From: a virus
Lineage: Duplodnaviria > Caudoviricetes
Strand: one strand, 5' to 3'
Length of the DNA: 26,158 nt
IMG/VR virus record: IMGVR_UViG_3300012933_000129
Location: 1 to 26,158 of that record
The notes under the pieces were generated by a model, which was not told the origin of the DNA, did no database searches, and saw only the letters and a list, made by a program, of their open reading frames with translations. The position numbers were made by a program, and so were the translations under genes. This document shows positions 1 through 9,528 of the stretch, one piece after another (position 1 is the first letter of the stretch; each line of letters starts with the position of its first letter).

Positions 1-55
1 ATCTAATGAGCCTGATATGTCTTCGGCCACAGCACTCCCAGCAATAGTGTTGCCA
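1..55. repeat. Terminal direct repeat (copy 1), circular assembly overlap
   Basis: atctaatgag...gtgttgcca at 1-55 is identical to 26104-26158. 55 nt is a common assembler k-mer size, and an ORF reads through the junction. Confidence 0.95.
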
Positions 56-1323
56 CTGTATAAAAATAGATTCCTATCACTTTTACTATTTGGCCAGGAA
101 TACATCCCTGATACTTTATAACCACTTGAACTAACATCAAAGCTTTCAAGGTCATATCCGCCACCTGATGGATTTGTTGGAGCTCCTGTTTGTGTTACAG
201 TTCCGCTTGGCCAGGTAACACCAACAATTCTATTAGGGTATGGTGAATAAGGATATGAGTAATAAAATGTATCACCTAAGCTCAATACTCGCAATGAAAC
301 ATTTTCTAATGTGTAATCTATATTAACACTATTAGTATAGTTAATTTTATAACGGTAATTAGTTACAGGGAAATAACTTGTTGGAGTTGGTGTTGTAGTT
401 TGATAATCATAGGCAATCAACCCGTATCCAAAACTCCAGCCATCACGGCCGTCAACTACAAAGGTCGTATTACTAACCCATCTCGCTCCGCCAGCAACAT
501 CAGATCCGTTACCATCAGGATATTGGTTTGCTGGGTATATATTATTGTTGACCCAAAACCCCGTGCTACCAACAGCATATATTTTACTAACACCCTGCCA
601 TACTTCTAAATGTGCTTCTTCTGTTCCGCTAGTACTATCACTAGGGCCTTGGGAGATGGCAGCTCCCAAGCCTCTACCGCAGGCTATTAAGAGTTTTGTA
701 TTGTCAGGACTCCAGTCTATGGTTCCTTTAACCTTCAGATGATCTCCGCCCGGGGATAATTGAGATGGTCCAAATTGTTGAGATAAAGAAACACTTGATC
801 CACTAACATTATAAACAGTTGCGTAGTAATTATTACTAGCTGAACTATCATGCAATACTGCTAACTTGCTTCCATTAGAGTTAAAATCAACATCGATGAT
901 AGATGTTGTAGTTAGTGTAGGCACTGTTAATTCGTTATTAGGGCTTGTATCACTAATAGTAACTGTAGCACTAGTTGCTCTTAAAGTTCCGCTTTGACTG
1001 CCTGTTCTTATAACGGCATTAAATGATTCAGTACCTTCAGTTGACACATCGTTTGATATGGTTACTGTAAAGTTAGCAGTGTTATTATTAATAGTCACAG
1101 TACCGCCAGCAGTTACTGGATTAGCAGGACTGCTAAAGTCAGCATCACTAATAGATCCAGTTACTCCTACTAACTTCCAATAGACTACAGTACCATTAGC
1201 AATGCCAGTGGTTGTTACAGTAAAAACAACACTAGTACCTTCGTTTCTAGTGGTAAAGTTAGGTGCTATTGCGTATTGGTGCAGGTAAACAATCCTACTC
1301 CATGGATCTAATTTATATGTCAT
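1..1323 (-). CDS. N-terminal 441 codons of a 523-aa putative receptor-binding protein (Calx-beta/Ig-like domain plus beta-propeller) spanning the circular junction; missing from the ORF track
   Basis: ATG at 1323, no stop down to base 1: MTYKLDPWSRIVYLHQYAIAPNFTTRNEGTSVVFTVTTTG...FTVTISNDVSTEGTESF (Calx-beta-like), then DVDFNSNGSKLAV and IDWSPDNTKLLIA (WD40-like blades). Continues in frame at 26103. Confidence 0.85.
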   Translation of the reverse strand, partial: MTYKLDPWSRIVYLHQYAIAPNFTTRNEGTSVVFTVTTTGIANGTVVYWKLVGVTGSISDADFSSPANPVTAGGTVTINNNTANFTVTISNDVSTEGTESFNAVIRTGSQSGTLRATSATVTISDTSPNNELTVPTLTTTSIIDVDFNSNGSKLAVLHDSSASNNYYATVYNVSGSSVSLSQQFGPSQLSPGGDHLKVKGTIDWSPDNTKLLIACGRGLGAAISQGPSDSTSGTEEAHLEVWQGVSKIYAVGSTGFWVNNNIYPANQYPDGNGSDVAGGARWVSNTTFVVDGRDGWSFGYGLIAYDYQTTTPTPTSYFPVTNYRYKINYTNSVNIDYTLENVSLRVLSLGDTFYYSYPYSPYPNRIVGVTWPSGTVTQTGAPTNPSGGGYDLESFDVSSSGYKVSGMYSWPNSKSDRNLFLYSGNTIAGSAVAEDISGSLD

Positions 1324-1336
1324 AATCTTTTAATCT

Positions 1337-3535
1337 TTAAGGCCAAGTAATATTCATTTGAACTTTATAACCGTTAGGTCTTTCAAATGTAATACTGGTA
1401 AATCTTTCAACACCAACACCATCAATCTCTTCAATGACTGTGGTACTATCAGCAACTACGGTATCCCATACTTCATCAGGCCCAGTTGTACCAGCGGCTG
1501 TCCAGTATCTATCTCCAGTTTGTCCGCCTGTGGCTGTACTAGCTTCAGTCTTTAAATCAACACCTGTTTCATCTTTGAACAAATCAAAGATTTTATCAAA
1601 CAAGCCACCAGCAGTAGTATCACCTGCAAATAATTTATCTAGATTGTTTAACAGTGTTAATAAACCTAGGCTCATTAGTTGTCCGCCAATGCTTACTGGA
1701 TTATCGCTAATTGTGTCAGCAACAACAATTGGCACATATTCAATTAGGCCAGTTGGGCTTGAATAAGGGCCAGAGGTAATGCCGTTTACGCCACGGACTT
1801 TAACAAAGAAATCACTTTGTGCTAGCTGTGTGTAAGTGTAGCTAACAGTGTCATCTTCAGTTAGGTTAGAACCATCAGTATTCTTGTAAGTGCCGATCAG
1901 GATATAAGTTCTAGCTGAATCATTGCTTACACCTACATCAAAGGTAATCCAGTATTCAACTGCTTCAACGATACCGCTAGGTACTTGTGCATCAATAACA
2001 ATCTTTGGTACATTGCTTTGTTCTGTTTTAGTTACAACAGGAGTATTAGGTGTGCCAATGCTACCAATGCCTAGGATGCCACCGTCGGATACAACTTCGT
2101 ATTCAGTGATATCATAAGTGTAAACGCTAGCATCGTACTCTAAGGCTGTGAAGTCAAGTAAAATCTCACCTAGATCGCCTTCACTTTGTGTAACAGTAAT
2201 AATGCGAAATAGTTTACTGCTAAAGCCGTAAGGACTACTAGTAACACTGATAATGTCACCTGCGCCCAACATGATATAGCTGTAGTCAGCTTGGAATGAT
2301 ATGATCTTGTCAACACGGGCTTGCTTCAACGCTTGCAAACCAATCTTGGCTGCAACTACCTGTTTGTTAGTAAATGGTAAACTTAGTTGTAGGCTAGTTT
2401 CTGGTTCATTAGCATACAGGTCACCTGATGGAATGCTAATCTTAACAAAGTCAGTCTTATCTTGGATATCAGTGTTAGCGTACTTGACATCAGCAATGTT
2501 GTTTAACTGTGTTAGGCTAGTACCACTGATACTGATGTCACCAATAATGTTGCTGTCAGTGAAGTTAGCTACTGCTGTACCTGCTTTGTTGATGACCACT
2601 TTCCACAAGCCTGTGTGGATATCATAAGTTAACCAACTGCTAGCTGCTTCTGCCAGTGCTTGCATATTGGTTAGGACATCAGTCTTAACATCAACTAGGC
2701 CGTTAATATGGATTGGACTTGTAGATGTTTGACTTGATAAGTTAGTATAACTAAAGCCTGTGTTGGCAAAAGTGTTCAATGCCAACAAGCTAGTGCCATC
2801 AACTTCTTCTGCTGGAATGCCTGCACCATAAACTGTGTTAGTCATGTAGTCAGCTAGTACATCTCCTGGCAGTACCATATTAGTCTTAGCATGGAATACA
2901 CAATCTGGCAATCCACTTACGCCTCTGTCTTTATTGTAGGTAATCTCTACAATAGCGTACATTAGGTCTTCCATAGAATGCGTTAATGAACTCCAACCAG
3001 GCATTGTGGTGAATGGGCTTGGTGTTGTTCCGCTTGAACCAACGGGCTGTACACCTGTTTGGTCGCAGTAGAAGTAAACCTTAACTAGGTCACGGAAACT
3101 AATATCTTGGTTGCCTGAACTATCTAGGGTGTAGTCAACAGTGTATCCGTCAGCTTTGAACACTACTCGGTTGTTGTTAAGGTAAACGCCTTGGAATGTA
3201 TAGCTTGTTGGGTTGCTATCGGATAGCTTAAGGCCAGTAAGTTCTGCCAATGTTAGGCAGTAAGTCATCTTCTTGTAGTCGCTGCTCAGTTGTGCATCAG
3301 TGATATAACCACCAAAGTATGCTTCACCGTATAGTACAGGGATTTCATTTTCAGTGCTAGGATTTAATTGTAATCTAACACCTTTGTCGACAATTTCATT
3401 ACCGCCAGCAGTAGTTGGATCAGTAGTCTTGTTTAATAACTTAGATGCGTATCCAAGTAATGCAGTCTTGGCCAGTGAACTAGTAACACTACTTCCCTTG
3501 AACCAGCTCCATGCTGTGCTGAAAAAATCACCCAT
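1337..3535 (-). CDS. Tail tip / central baseplate hub protein (lambda J-like) with FN3-like C-terminal region, 732 aa
   Basis: IPVLYGEAYFGG motif, ADYMTNTVYGAG, LGAGDIISVT...FRIITV, FN3-like FFVKVRGVNG. Position after tape measure and Dit. Confidence 0.8.
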   Translation of the reverse strand: MGDFFSTAWSWFKGSSVTSSLAKTALLGYASKLLNKTTDPTTAGGNEIVDKGVRLQLNPSTENEIPVLYGEAYFGGYITDAQLSSDYKKMTYCLTLAELTGLKLSDSNPTSYTFQGVYLNNNRVVFKADGYTVDYTLDSSGNQDISFRDLVKVYFYCDQTGVQPVGSSGTTPSPFTTMPGWSSLTHSMEDLMYAIVEITYNKDRGVSGLPDCVFHAKTNMVLPGDVLADYMTNTVYGAGIPAEEVDGTSLLALNTFANTGFSYTNLSSQTSTSPIHINGLVDVKTDVLTNMQALAEAASSWLTYDIHTGLWKVVINKAGTAVANFTDSNIIGDISISGTSLTQLNNIADVKYANTDIQDKTDFVKISIPSGDLYANEPETSLQLSLPFTNKQVVAAKIGLQALKQARVDKIISFQADYSYIMLGAGDIISVTSSPYGFSSKLFRIITVTQSEGDLGEILLDFTALEYDASVYTYDITEYEVVSDGGILGIGSIGTPNTPVVTKTEQSNVPKIVIDAQVPSGIVEAVEYWITFDVGVSNDSARTYILIGTYKNTDGSNLTEDDTVSYTYTQLAQSDFFVKVRGVNGITSGPYSSPTGLIEYVPIVVADTISDNPVSIGGQLMSLGLLTLLNNLDKLFAGDTTAGGLFDKIFDLFKDETGVDLKTEASTATGGQTGDRYWTAAGTTGPDEVWDTVVADSTTVIEEIDGVGVERFTSITFERPNGYKVQMNITWP

Positions 3536-4098
3536 TATGGTGCTCCAAAGTTAAAATTGCTGTTGGCCAGCGCCTGTACCCTTGCCATGTCTTGAACACC
3601 GGGGAAATCAGTTTGGTTAGTTCTTCTTCCGCTAACCTTATTACTTAATAGTTCAACTGGGCTGTTGCAAGTCAATGTGATAGTTGATACTGCTAGGTTA
3701 TCATTAACCTCAACACTGTCAGTGATTGCATAGTTAGTAACAATGCCTTTAAAGTGTAGTTGGGTGTTACCTCCACCTAGACTCAGTGCTTGGTGCGTAA
3801 CTGCATCAAAATACGCTCTGTAGATCCAGATTGAACTGCCTTTGATTTCTTGTGCAAGGATGTCAGCAATGCTGTTAGTTGGGATGCCACTAAGGCTTAC
3901 AGTTAATTCGCCTGCGCTAGGTTTTAGTTCGCTTGGAATGCTACTAACACTTAGCATGTTGCCTATGTTAGTATAGGTGTTACTATTAAATGATAGTGGT
4001 GTGTGGTAATCGCTGATATAAGCCGTAGAGAAGTTAGGCACTTCCCACTTAAGGAATACCGCTGACTCTAGGCTTGCGTAAGATCTTAAATCAATCAT
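3535..4098 (-). CDS. Minor tail / baseplate hub protein, 187 aa (start moved to MIDLRSY)
   Basis: ATG at 4098 forms an ATGA overlap with the upstream stop. Beta-rich sequence ELTVSLSGI...IWIYRAYFD...HFKGIV; synteny. Confidence 0.7.
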   Translation of the reverse strand: MIDLRSYASLESAVFLKWEVPNFSTAYISDYHTPLSFNSNTYTNIGNMLSVSSIPSELKPSAGELTVSLSGIPTNSIADILAQEIKGSSIWIYRAYFDAVTHQALSLGGGNTQLHFKGIVTNYAITDSVEVNDNLAVSTITLTCNSPVELLSNKVSGRRTNQTDFPGVQDMARVQALANSNFNFGAP

Positions 4099-4712
4099 AC
4101 CATCTTCTCGTAAAATACAAATGGTCCGGACCAACTAACTTGATCACGGGCAAACAATGTGAAAGTTGGAAAGTCAACACATTGAACAGTCCAGCTACAG
4201 TTAGCACCAACACGCAGAGCTACACCAGTGGCTGTGTTATCAATTACCGGTCTGTTTAGGACAACTGCGTTTGAGTTGTAAGCAACATCAGCTGCTACAG
4301 TGTAAACACGCCCACTAGATCCTAGTTGGATAAAATCACCTGCTTTGAACTTAAATCCTGAGCTGGTTGTTGGACTAGTTGTAAGTGTAATGGTATTGCT
4401 GCCTGTGGTAATAGTGGCAACAAAGCCTGTTGAGTTCACACTGTTACCTTGATATTGGTACAACCAGCTTTGTCCACTAGTGCTTAGGCTGATAGTACCT
4501 GCTGTTACACGACCCAATGCTTCTGCTTTGCTAATATTGCCACGAACATCAGTCCATGGCATACCATCAGGTAGTTTAACACTGAACTTCCACACACCAG
4601 CGCCACGGCTAGTTGCTCGGACTGTGTTGTTGCGGGTAACTGTTTGCCCTACAATTTCTTGACGCTCGATTGAAATCGCTTCGGCGTTATCTATAATCCA
4701 TTGAAATGACAT
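4095..4712 (-). CDS. Distal tail (Dit)-like protein, 205 aa
   Basis: Directly follows tape measure; WKFSVKLP and FKAGDFIQLG motifs typical of this position. Confidence 0.65.
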   Translation of the reverse strand: MSFQWIIDNAEAISIERQEIVGQTVTRNNTVRATSRGAGVWKFSVKLPDGMPWTDVRGNISKAEALGRVTAGTISLSTSGQSWLYQYQGNSVNSTGFVATITTGSNTITLTTSPTTSSGFKFKAGDFIQLGSSGRVYTVAADVAYNSNAVVLNRPVIDNTATGVALRVGANCSWTVQCVDFPTFTLFARDQVSWSGPFVFYEKMV

Positions 4713-6991
4713 TATCTGCCTCCAGGTATTGTTCTGCGGCCTTGTTCTGCCACTGCATGTAAGAATGTTGGATCCTTAGCTAGCATTTGTTTAAAGCTCA
4801 ATGCATCTACTGCACTGATGTTGTATGTTACATTACCGCCACCGCCTAGTCCACTATTAGGAACCATTTGGCCGTTGCTTGATGGGATAAACAATTCAGG
4901 ACCACGCTCGCCTACAATGTAAGGACGATTCATAGCCGCTGGGCCACCTTCAGCAAGAATACCCGGAATCAATGCGCCGCCAAATAACCCACCTGATTTG
5001 CCAGTACCTGCACCGCCTATTGAGCCAACACCACTGAATGTTTTAGCCATCAATTGTTGGATCTGGCTACGCAACAAGGCATCGATCATAGTTTGTAAGA
5101 AGTCTTTCCATCCTAACTTACCAGTCTTAAACAACTTCATTAGCATGTCTTCCATACCTTGGCTCATTGTTTGGAAGATCTTTTGAGCTTGGCCAGCGGC
5201 GTTGGTTGCATTGTCTACATAATCGCGGAATGATTTATCCCAACCTGAGGAGAATGTTCTTGATTGATCGGCAATCTGTTGGTTAGCATCAGCGATACTC
5301 TTAGCACCAATAGCAATACCTTTGTAAGTCTTGTCTAAAGAGTTAGTCATCTTATCAGCAGTATCTTGGGTAATGCTACCCATCTCTACTGAATACGCAA
5401 TGTTATCACGGATTGATTGGCCAATTTCATCGTAACTCATCTTTAGCAAATCAACATTATCAGTTGCTTCACTAATTACTGCGATTGCTCGGCTCTTTTC
5501 ATCCTTGCTTAGTTCACCTAGGTTACCACTAAGTTCGCCGCGGATCTTTTGCACTTGGTACAATTTTGATTCTAAGTCGATTCTTTCTTTGTAACTGGCA
5601 TTGTCAAGCATTTGCTTTGCTTGAACATCAAAGATCTTCTGCTCAGCATCGGCCATATTTTGGAATAAAGAAGTAAAGTTTCTTACAACTCTACTGTAGT
5701 CGTCAGTGAGTTTGATCTTTTCTTCAACAGCTCGCTTTTGAGCCTCAGCGCCTTGCTTGATAGCTTCCTGCTCTTTTTTGTAAGCATCTAGTGTTCTAGA
5801 TCTAGCATCTTTATCTAGTGCTTCAAACTTTTGCTTCAGTTGGTACAATGCATCCTGTGCTTCTTGTTCAACTTTAGCTCTTTCTTCTGCAACTTTCTTT
5901 TGTGATTCGGATAAGCCTAATGATTTGTATTCTAAGTCATACTTTTCTAAAGACTTTTTCCAGTTTCTATCTAGTGAATCTTGGATCTGTGTTAACGCAT
6001 CGAGTTCTTTCTTCAATGCTTGGTTAAGGCCTTCCTGATTACGAACACCCTCAGCAGTGGCATCATTGTTAGACTTTTGTTGCTCTTCAGTGTCCTTCAT
6101 CAATCCTAAGTAGCTGACTACACTAGGTCCGATGGCTAATAATGCTGTGGCAACAGCAATGAATGGATTCTTGGCAGCAACAACTGTAAGTGTTCTAACT
6201 AAACTAATCAGTGAAGCCATACCTGCAAGCACAGCTGGTGCAGCAACTGCTGCGACACCTAAGGCTAATAATCTAAAACTAATAGCGGCAACTTCAGTGT
6301 TAATACTAATCTTAGATAGCAACCAAAAGACAGGTTGGAATGCTTCAGCGAAAGCCAACTTGAGTGTACCTAAGATTGAAACCATGTTATCCCACGCAGC
6401 ACCGGCAGTCTCAATGCTGTTAGCATATGGTGCCATCTCTTCAGTAAGTTTCTTTTGGTCAGCAGCAAACTTTTCAATGTTAACACCTACTAAGCTCTTG
6501 CCAAATACTTGCATCGCAATAGCATTGCGTTCAATAGGATCTTTAATCTTAACTAGACCGTCAAGTAATTGATCCTTAAGTGCAGTATTAGACTTATTGC
6601 CAAGGTCAGATAAGCTAACACCCAAGCGGTTAAATGTTGATAATGCCTTAAGGTTGCCGCCGTTGGCTTCCTCAATGTTTTGACTCATAGTCTGGAACAT
6701 CTTACCAACATTCTCAGCCTTGCCGCCGCTACCCTCTAGAGCCTTACTCAAACCTAGTACTTGTTCAATTGCAACTTGGTTAGCATCGGCAATGTCGCTA
6801 ATGTCATCAGCAAATGCTGCCACGGCTGCTCCTGCACCAACTAACGCCAATCCTAGACCCTTGGCTTGATCCGACATCTTGCCAAAGTTATCGCTAAACT
6901 TCTTGCTAATATCTTCTAATTTCTTACCAAGCTTCTCTAACTCTCGTATGGCGGGGCTTGTGTCAGCATTAATTATTAAATTGTCTGCCAT
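4712..6991 (-). CDS. Tail tape measure protein, 759 aa
   Basis: Long helical Ala/Lys/Glu-rich protein with a hydrophobic middle and a C-terminal AEGGP...YIVGERGPELFIP motif. Confidence 0.92.
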   Translation of the reverse strand: MADNLIINADTSPAIRELEKLGKKLEDISKKFSDNFGKMSDQAKGLGLALVGAGAAVAAFADDISDIADANQVAIEQVLGLSKALEGSGGKAENVGKMFQTMSQNIEEANGGNLKALSTFNRLGVSLSDLGNKSNTALKDQLLDGLVKIKDPIERNAIAMQVFGKSLVGVNIEKFAADQKKLTEEMAPYANSIETAGAAWDNMVSILGTLKLAFAEAFQPVFWLLSKISINTEVAAISFRLLALGVAAVAAPAVLAGMASLISLVRTLTVVAAKNPFIAVATALLAIGPSVVSYLGLMKDTEEQQKSNNDATAEGVRNQEGLNQALKKELDALTQIQDSLDRNWKKSLEKYDLEYKSLGLSESQKKVAEERAKVEQEAQDALYQLKQKFEALDKDARSRTLDAYKKEQEAIKQGAEAQKRAVEEKIKLTDDYSRVVRNFTSLFQNMADAEQKIFDVQAKQMLDNASYKERIDLESKLYQVQKIRGELSGNLGELSKDEKSRAIAVISEATDNVDLLKMSYDEIGQSIRDNIAYSVEMGSITQDTADKMTNSLDKTYKGIAIGAKSIADANQQIADQSRTFSSGWDKSFRDYVDNATNAAGQAQKIFQTMSQGMEDMLMKLFKTGKLGWKDFLQTMIDALLRSQIQQLMAKTFSGVGSIGGAGTGKSGGLFGGALIPGILAEGGPAAMNRPYIVGERGPELFIPSSNGQMVPNSGLGGGGNVTYNISAVDALSFKQMLAKDPTFLHAVAEQGRRTIPGGR

Positions 6992-6993
6992 TT

Positions 6994-7290
6994 TTATTTT
7001 CCTGTAATTTGTTTAAGGCGCTTCTTCAAGTACTCTTCAGTTGGCTTGATCATACCTCGAGGCGCTTGCTTACTCCATCCTTGGTCTAAGCGTTTAGCAT
7101 AAGGATAGTTTGCCTGGATTGTTTTCCCAGACAATGAAGTATTTCTTCGTGCATTACCAGAGTCAATTGGAGTAATGGCAACAAAGTGCTTATAAACATC
7201 TTGGGGAAGTGCTGCGAGTTGTGCTTGGACTTTTTTAATCTTATCTAAGCTAGTTTTGACGCTGCCTGTAACCTGGAATTGGATACTCAT
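6994..7290 (-). CDS. HK97 gp10-like tail completion protein, 98 aa
   Basis: TPIDSGNARRN and YAKRLDQGWSKQAPRG match the PVDTG...YA..LE.G pattern. Confidence 0.75.
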   Translation of the reverse strand: MSIQFQVTGSVKTSLDKIKKVQAQLAALPQDVYKHFVAITPIDSGNARRNTSLSGKTIQANYPYAKRLDQGWSKQAPRGMIKPTEEYLKKRLKQITGK

Positions 7291-7562
7291 TTATTACTCT
7301 CCTTGACACGATTAATCATGCCTTGCATTTGTTCTACTGATAAGCTAGGGTTAATACTTGCCGAGCCTGAGTTGGCTTGTGATAGATCCTGTTGATGTTT
7401 TACCCATTTGGTACTAACATCAAGCACATATAGATCTAAAGTATTACCCCTAACTAATGCTTCACTAGGTAAGCATTTGTATTTTTCAGCAAGGTTATGC
7501 AGTGTCAACACAAGCATAATATCTGGATCATCCCAATCCACTTCCCCGCCAATTACTTTCCC
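7287..7562 (-). CDS. Tail assembly chaperone frameshift extension (lambda gpT-like)
   Basis: The -1 frame from GGGAAAG (7556-7562) reads GGG AAA GTA ATT GGC GGG GAA GTG GAT TGG..., which is the track ORF 7287..7541. Confidence 0.8.
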   Translation of the reverse strand, partial: GKVIGGEVDWDDPDIMLVLTLHNLAEKYKCLPSEALVRGNTLDLYVLDVSTKWVKHQQDLSQANSGSASINPSLSVEQMQGMINRVKESNK

Positions 7563-7849
7563 AGCGTTTCTACTACTTTTCCAACAACCTTCAACAAGAT
7601 ATTACTTGGAAGCATTTGTTCTTTAGTGATAATTTGCTTACCATTATCATCTAAGATTAGTGTGCGGACAACATCAAACATTGCTGTTGGTTCTCCACCG
7701 CTAACACTTGCTAACTTCATAAAGATGTCAAGGGGTTGTCTATCCCATGTGCAGAATTCAAGCGGTTCCCCGAACTCTTTGATAACCTCTGCGTCATCAA
7801 GTGTTAATTTAATTAGTTGTGGCTTTGCGGCCAGTTGTGATAGTTTCAT
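7553..7849 (-). CDS. Tail assembly chaperone (lambda gpG-like), 98 aa
   Basis: Lies between tail tube and tape measure; ends CTG GGA AAG TAA. Confidence 0.85.
   Translation of the reverse strand: MKLSQLAAKPQLIKLTLDDAEVIKEFGEPLEFCTWDRQPLDIFMKLASVSGGEPTAMFDVVRTLILDDNGKQIITKEQMLPSNILLKVVGKVVETLGK
7556..7562 (-). promoter_or_regulatory. -1 programmed ribosomal frameshift slippery site GGGAAAG
   Basis: Same heptamer as lambda G/T, immediately before the stop codon, with an open -1 frame. Confidence 0.85.
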
Positions 7850-7861
7850 CTGTAGATCCTT

Positions 7862-8026
7862 TTATCTGTTAATCAATTTGTTTATTACTACTAATAAGAA
7901 GCTGAGTCTATTTGTAGCTTTGTCTAGATCTTGGCGAGCGCATTTAATCTCGTTAGAAGCCTTTGCGACTTCTGCCAACAAGCTCTCGTGAAGCTCTTTA
8001 TCTGTCTTTTTATCTAAAATATCCAT
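7862..8026 (-). CDS. Small coiled-coil protein, 54 aa (not in track)
   Basis: MDILDKKTDKELHESLLAEVAKASNEIKCARQDLDKATNRLSFLLVVINKLINR*; AGGA RBS; fills the gap downstream of a TAAATA site. Confidence 0.8.
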   Translation of the reverse strand: MDILDKKTDKELHESLLAEVAKASNEIKCARQDLDKATNRLSFLLVVINKLINR

Positions 8027-8044
8027 CAATCAATCCTATGCTAA

Positions 8045-8050
8045 TATTTA
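8045..8050 (-). promoter_or_regulatory. T4-late-type promoter core (cTAAATAttag)
   Basis: Directly downstream of a terminator and upstream of an RBS; shares TAAATATTAG with the site at 11101-11110. Confidence 0.7.
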
Positions 8051-8061
8051 GCTATGCTCGT

Positions 8062-8088
8062 AAAAATAGGGTCCGTTAAGACCCTATT
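8062..8088 (-). terminator. Intrinsic terminator after the tail tube gene
   Basis: AATAGGGTC-TTAACG-GACCCTATT followed by a T-run. Confidence 0.85.
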
Positions 8089-8108
8089 CCGTGTTTCTAA
8101 ACTAGCTA

Positions 8109-8594
8109 TTAAGCAGTTGTAGCAACAGTGTAGTCACCAGTTACAGTGATAGTGATCGGGCTAACCCAAACTGGACTATCTGCTGATACTGTTGGTGCTA
8201 GACCAGTGATGTAACCTTCACCGCTAATAGTTTTAGTATTAACGCCGCCGTCTGTATCACCCATAACAAGTTCAAATGCAACTTTGGTCTTGTTCTTGCT
8301 CAAGCCTAAAACACCTTGGCTAGCCGCAGTAGTTGTAGGTGAAGCACCTGGGAAGAAGCTAGTTGGGTCAACAACCAAGTTCATAGCCAAGCTATTAGTT
8401 GAAGTTGTTGCAATTTGCTTCTTACCTGTAGAGTCTAATTGACTCCATGTAAAAACATCATTACTGTTGTTGATAGTAATGTTTTGTAACGCTGGGATCA
8501 CCAAGCCTGTTGCGTCTGCAACTTTGCTTGTGTGGTACAGTGTTAGTGTTACCTGTGCGCCTGATACGCCAGGACTTGGATTGATATAAGCCAT
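8109..8594 (-). CDS. Major tail (tube) protein, 161 aa
   Basis: Thr-rich beta protein ending ISGEGYITGLAPTV...ITITVTGD; strong AGGAGA RBS; followed by a terminator. Confidence 0.85.
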   Translation of the reverse strand: MAYINPSPGVSGAQVTLTLYHTSKVADATGLVIPALQNITINNSNDVFTWSQLDSTGKKQIATTSTNSLAMNLVVDPTSFFPGASPTTTAASQGVLGLSKNKTKVAFELVMGDTDGGVNTKTISGEGYITGLAPTVSADSPVWVSPITITVTGDYTVATTA

Positions 8595-8616
8595 GTTTGT
8601 TTATCTCCTAAGATGG

Positions 8617-9009
8617 TTATGTTAGTTTCGTGAATCTGAATTCAAACTCAGTTAGCATTAGGTCATTCTCAAAGCTAGTTGAGCTAGTAACTTCTCTGCG
8701 GTGGTATTTCACCTCAGTTGGTACTTGCTTACCTGCTCTAATACTAGTGACCAATGCGCTGTAGTCTGATGGCAACTGTTTAGCGTCTGTTGTAAAGTAA
8801 AGTCTGACTGAATGCACCTCTGAGTCAATGTTGTAATCGCCGAATAATTGTATAAATGGTTCACTAGAAATTTGTTCTAGGTCTGCATAGATACGCTTTG
8901 GATTCTTCGTGTACATCACTGTGCCCGAATTACTAAATGGTAACTCATCAGAGACATTGTAGTTCTTCAACTTCAAGCCTTTGAGGTAATCTAGTAATTC
9001 AGTTCTCAT
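8617..9009 (-). CDS. Putative tail terminator / head-tail joining protein, 130 aa
   Basis: Size, position before tail tube, and a C-terminal EFEFRF strand. Confidence 0.6.
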   Translation of the reverse strand: MRTELLDYLKGLKLKNYNVSDELPFSNSGTVMYTKNPKRIYADLEQISSEPFIQLFGDYNIDSEVHSVRLYFTTDAKQLPSDYSALVTSIRAGKQVPTEVKYHRREVTSSTSFENDLMLTEFEFRFTKLT

Positions 9010-9515
9010 CGTACTCTCTTTAAGTTATAGTATCCTGGGTCTTTCTCTGCACTAGTAATTGTACCAGTGTTATCAAAGTCATACCAGTCACCTGCGGAAA
9101 TAAGTTCAGCAAATAGGGCATCAGCTTTACCTGTATAATACCCCATCTTCTGACGCTCTGCATTGTCTTCAGTACCGAAGTCTGCAACTTTAGGTAAAAT
9201 AAATTCACCTAGAGCTTGGTAAACACACAAATCTGTGAAGTCACTAAGTCTTGCAATAATTCGTTCTGGATCCAATGCTGGAATATCCGCTGTAGTTTGA
9301 TAAGTGGTCGAAGTACTACGCTTTACATAGTAATCTTGCCACCAAGCACTAGAGCGCAACTTTGTAAGTATACGCTCTGTTGCTCTTATCAATAAAGGTT
9401 CAACTACATCTTCAGACAGGCTTTCATTGGTCTCAAACAATCGTGAATCACGGTCCACGACATCTTGATACTCCGCAAAACTTATTACAGTTGTTCCGTC
9501 ATTTATGAAAGCCAT
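9006..9515 (-). CDS. Putative head-tail adaptor, 169 aa
   Basis: Follows capsid; SFAEYQDV...LLIRATERI pattern resembles adaptor proteins. Confidence 0.65.
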   Translation of the reverse strand: MAFINDGTTVISFAEYQDVVDRDSRLFETNESLSEDVVEPLLIRATERILTKLRSSAWWQDYYVKRSTSTTYQTTADIPALDPERIIARLSDFTDLCVYQALGEFILPKVADFGTEDNAERQKMGYYTGKADALFAELISAGDWYDFDNTGTITSAEKDPGYYNLKRVR

Positions 9516-9528
9516 GTTCTACTCCAGA

